A DNA stretch of 49,035 nt from the NCBI GenBank assembly GCA_020025615.1, contig JAHHRT010000001.1:1-49035 (forward strand), given 5' to 3'. Below, one piece after another: positions 48,961 through 49,035 of the stretch. The translations under genes and the position numbers were made by a program. Every line of letters starts with the position of its first letter. The first letter of the stretch is position 1. Source of the DNA: Oscillospiraceae bacterium (GTDB taxonomy: Bacteria > Bacillota > Clostridia > Oscillospirales > Oscillospiraceae). The notes under the pieces are model-generated. The model was given only the letters and a program-made list of their open reading frames with translations, was not told where the DNA came from and did no database searches.

Positions 48961-49033
48961 ATTTACAGAGGGCCGACCACTGGCAGTCTCCGCAGATTTC
49001 CTCCCGCTTTCCGGGAAGGAGAATGTTTTCCTG
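48959..49033 (-). CDS. C-terminal end of a gene (...QENILLPGKREEICGDCQWSALCK*), DUF1284-like
   Basis: ICxxCxWxxxC terminal motif; only 24 codons are visible. Confidence 0.5.
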   Translation of the reverse strand, partial: QENILLPGKREEICGDCQWSALCK

Positions 49034-49035
49034 TA

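Overview
Chromosomal window from a spore-forming, fairly GC-rich Clostridia-class bacterium; an Oscillospiraceae-like origin is inferred from gene content and order. About 4.4-49 kb is housekeeping: CaCA antiporter with a yybP-ykoY riboswitch, spoIID, scpAB-ytfI-ytfJ-dacB-rluB, acp-SRP RNA-dnaX-ybaB-recR, pepF, T-box alaS, comEC-holA-rnmV, ABC-F, mrp, rpmG-secE-nusG-rplKA, rplJL, ruvX, a cobT-cobU-cobS-cobC salvage operon and a glycine-riboswitch AGCS symporter. The first ~4.2 kb is an AT-richer accessory region abutting the 3' end of tRNA-Ala(CGC). It holds the main find, a candidate radical-SAM RiPP cluster. The cluster has an unannotated 41-aa precursor (1925-2050, MMRYEKPVIKKVEANVTVRNMADDQGECHGGHCVRCIHAYG, too short for the ORF track), a hairpin, a stand-alone PqqD/RRE protein and a radical SAM/SPASM maturase, and two IS3 remnants follow it. 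Secondary oddities are a YidC-sulfatase-superfamily fusion, a structured cobT leader with no recognisable B12 riboswitch, and a foreign-looking gene between rplA and rplJ. All calls were made by eye from motifs; no database searches were run.
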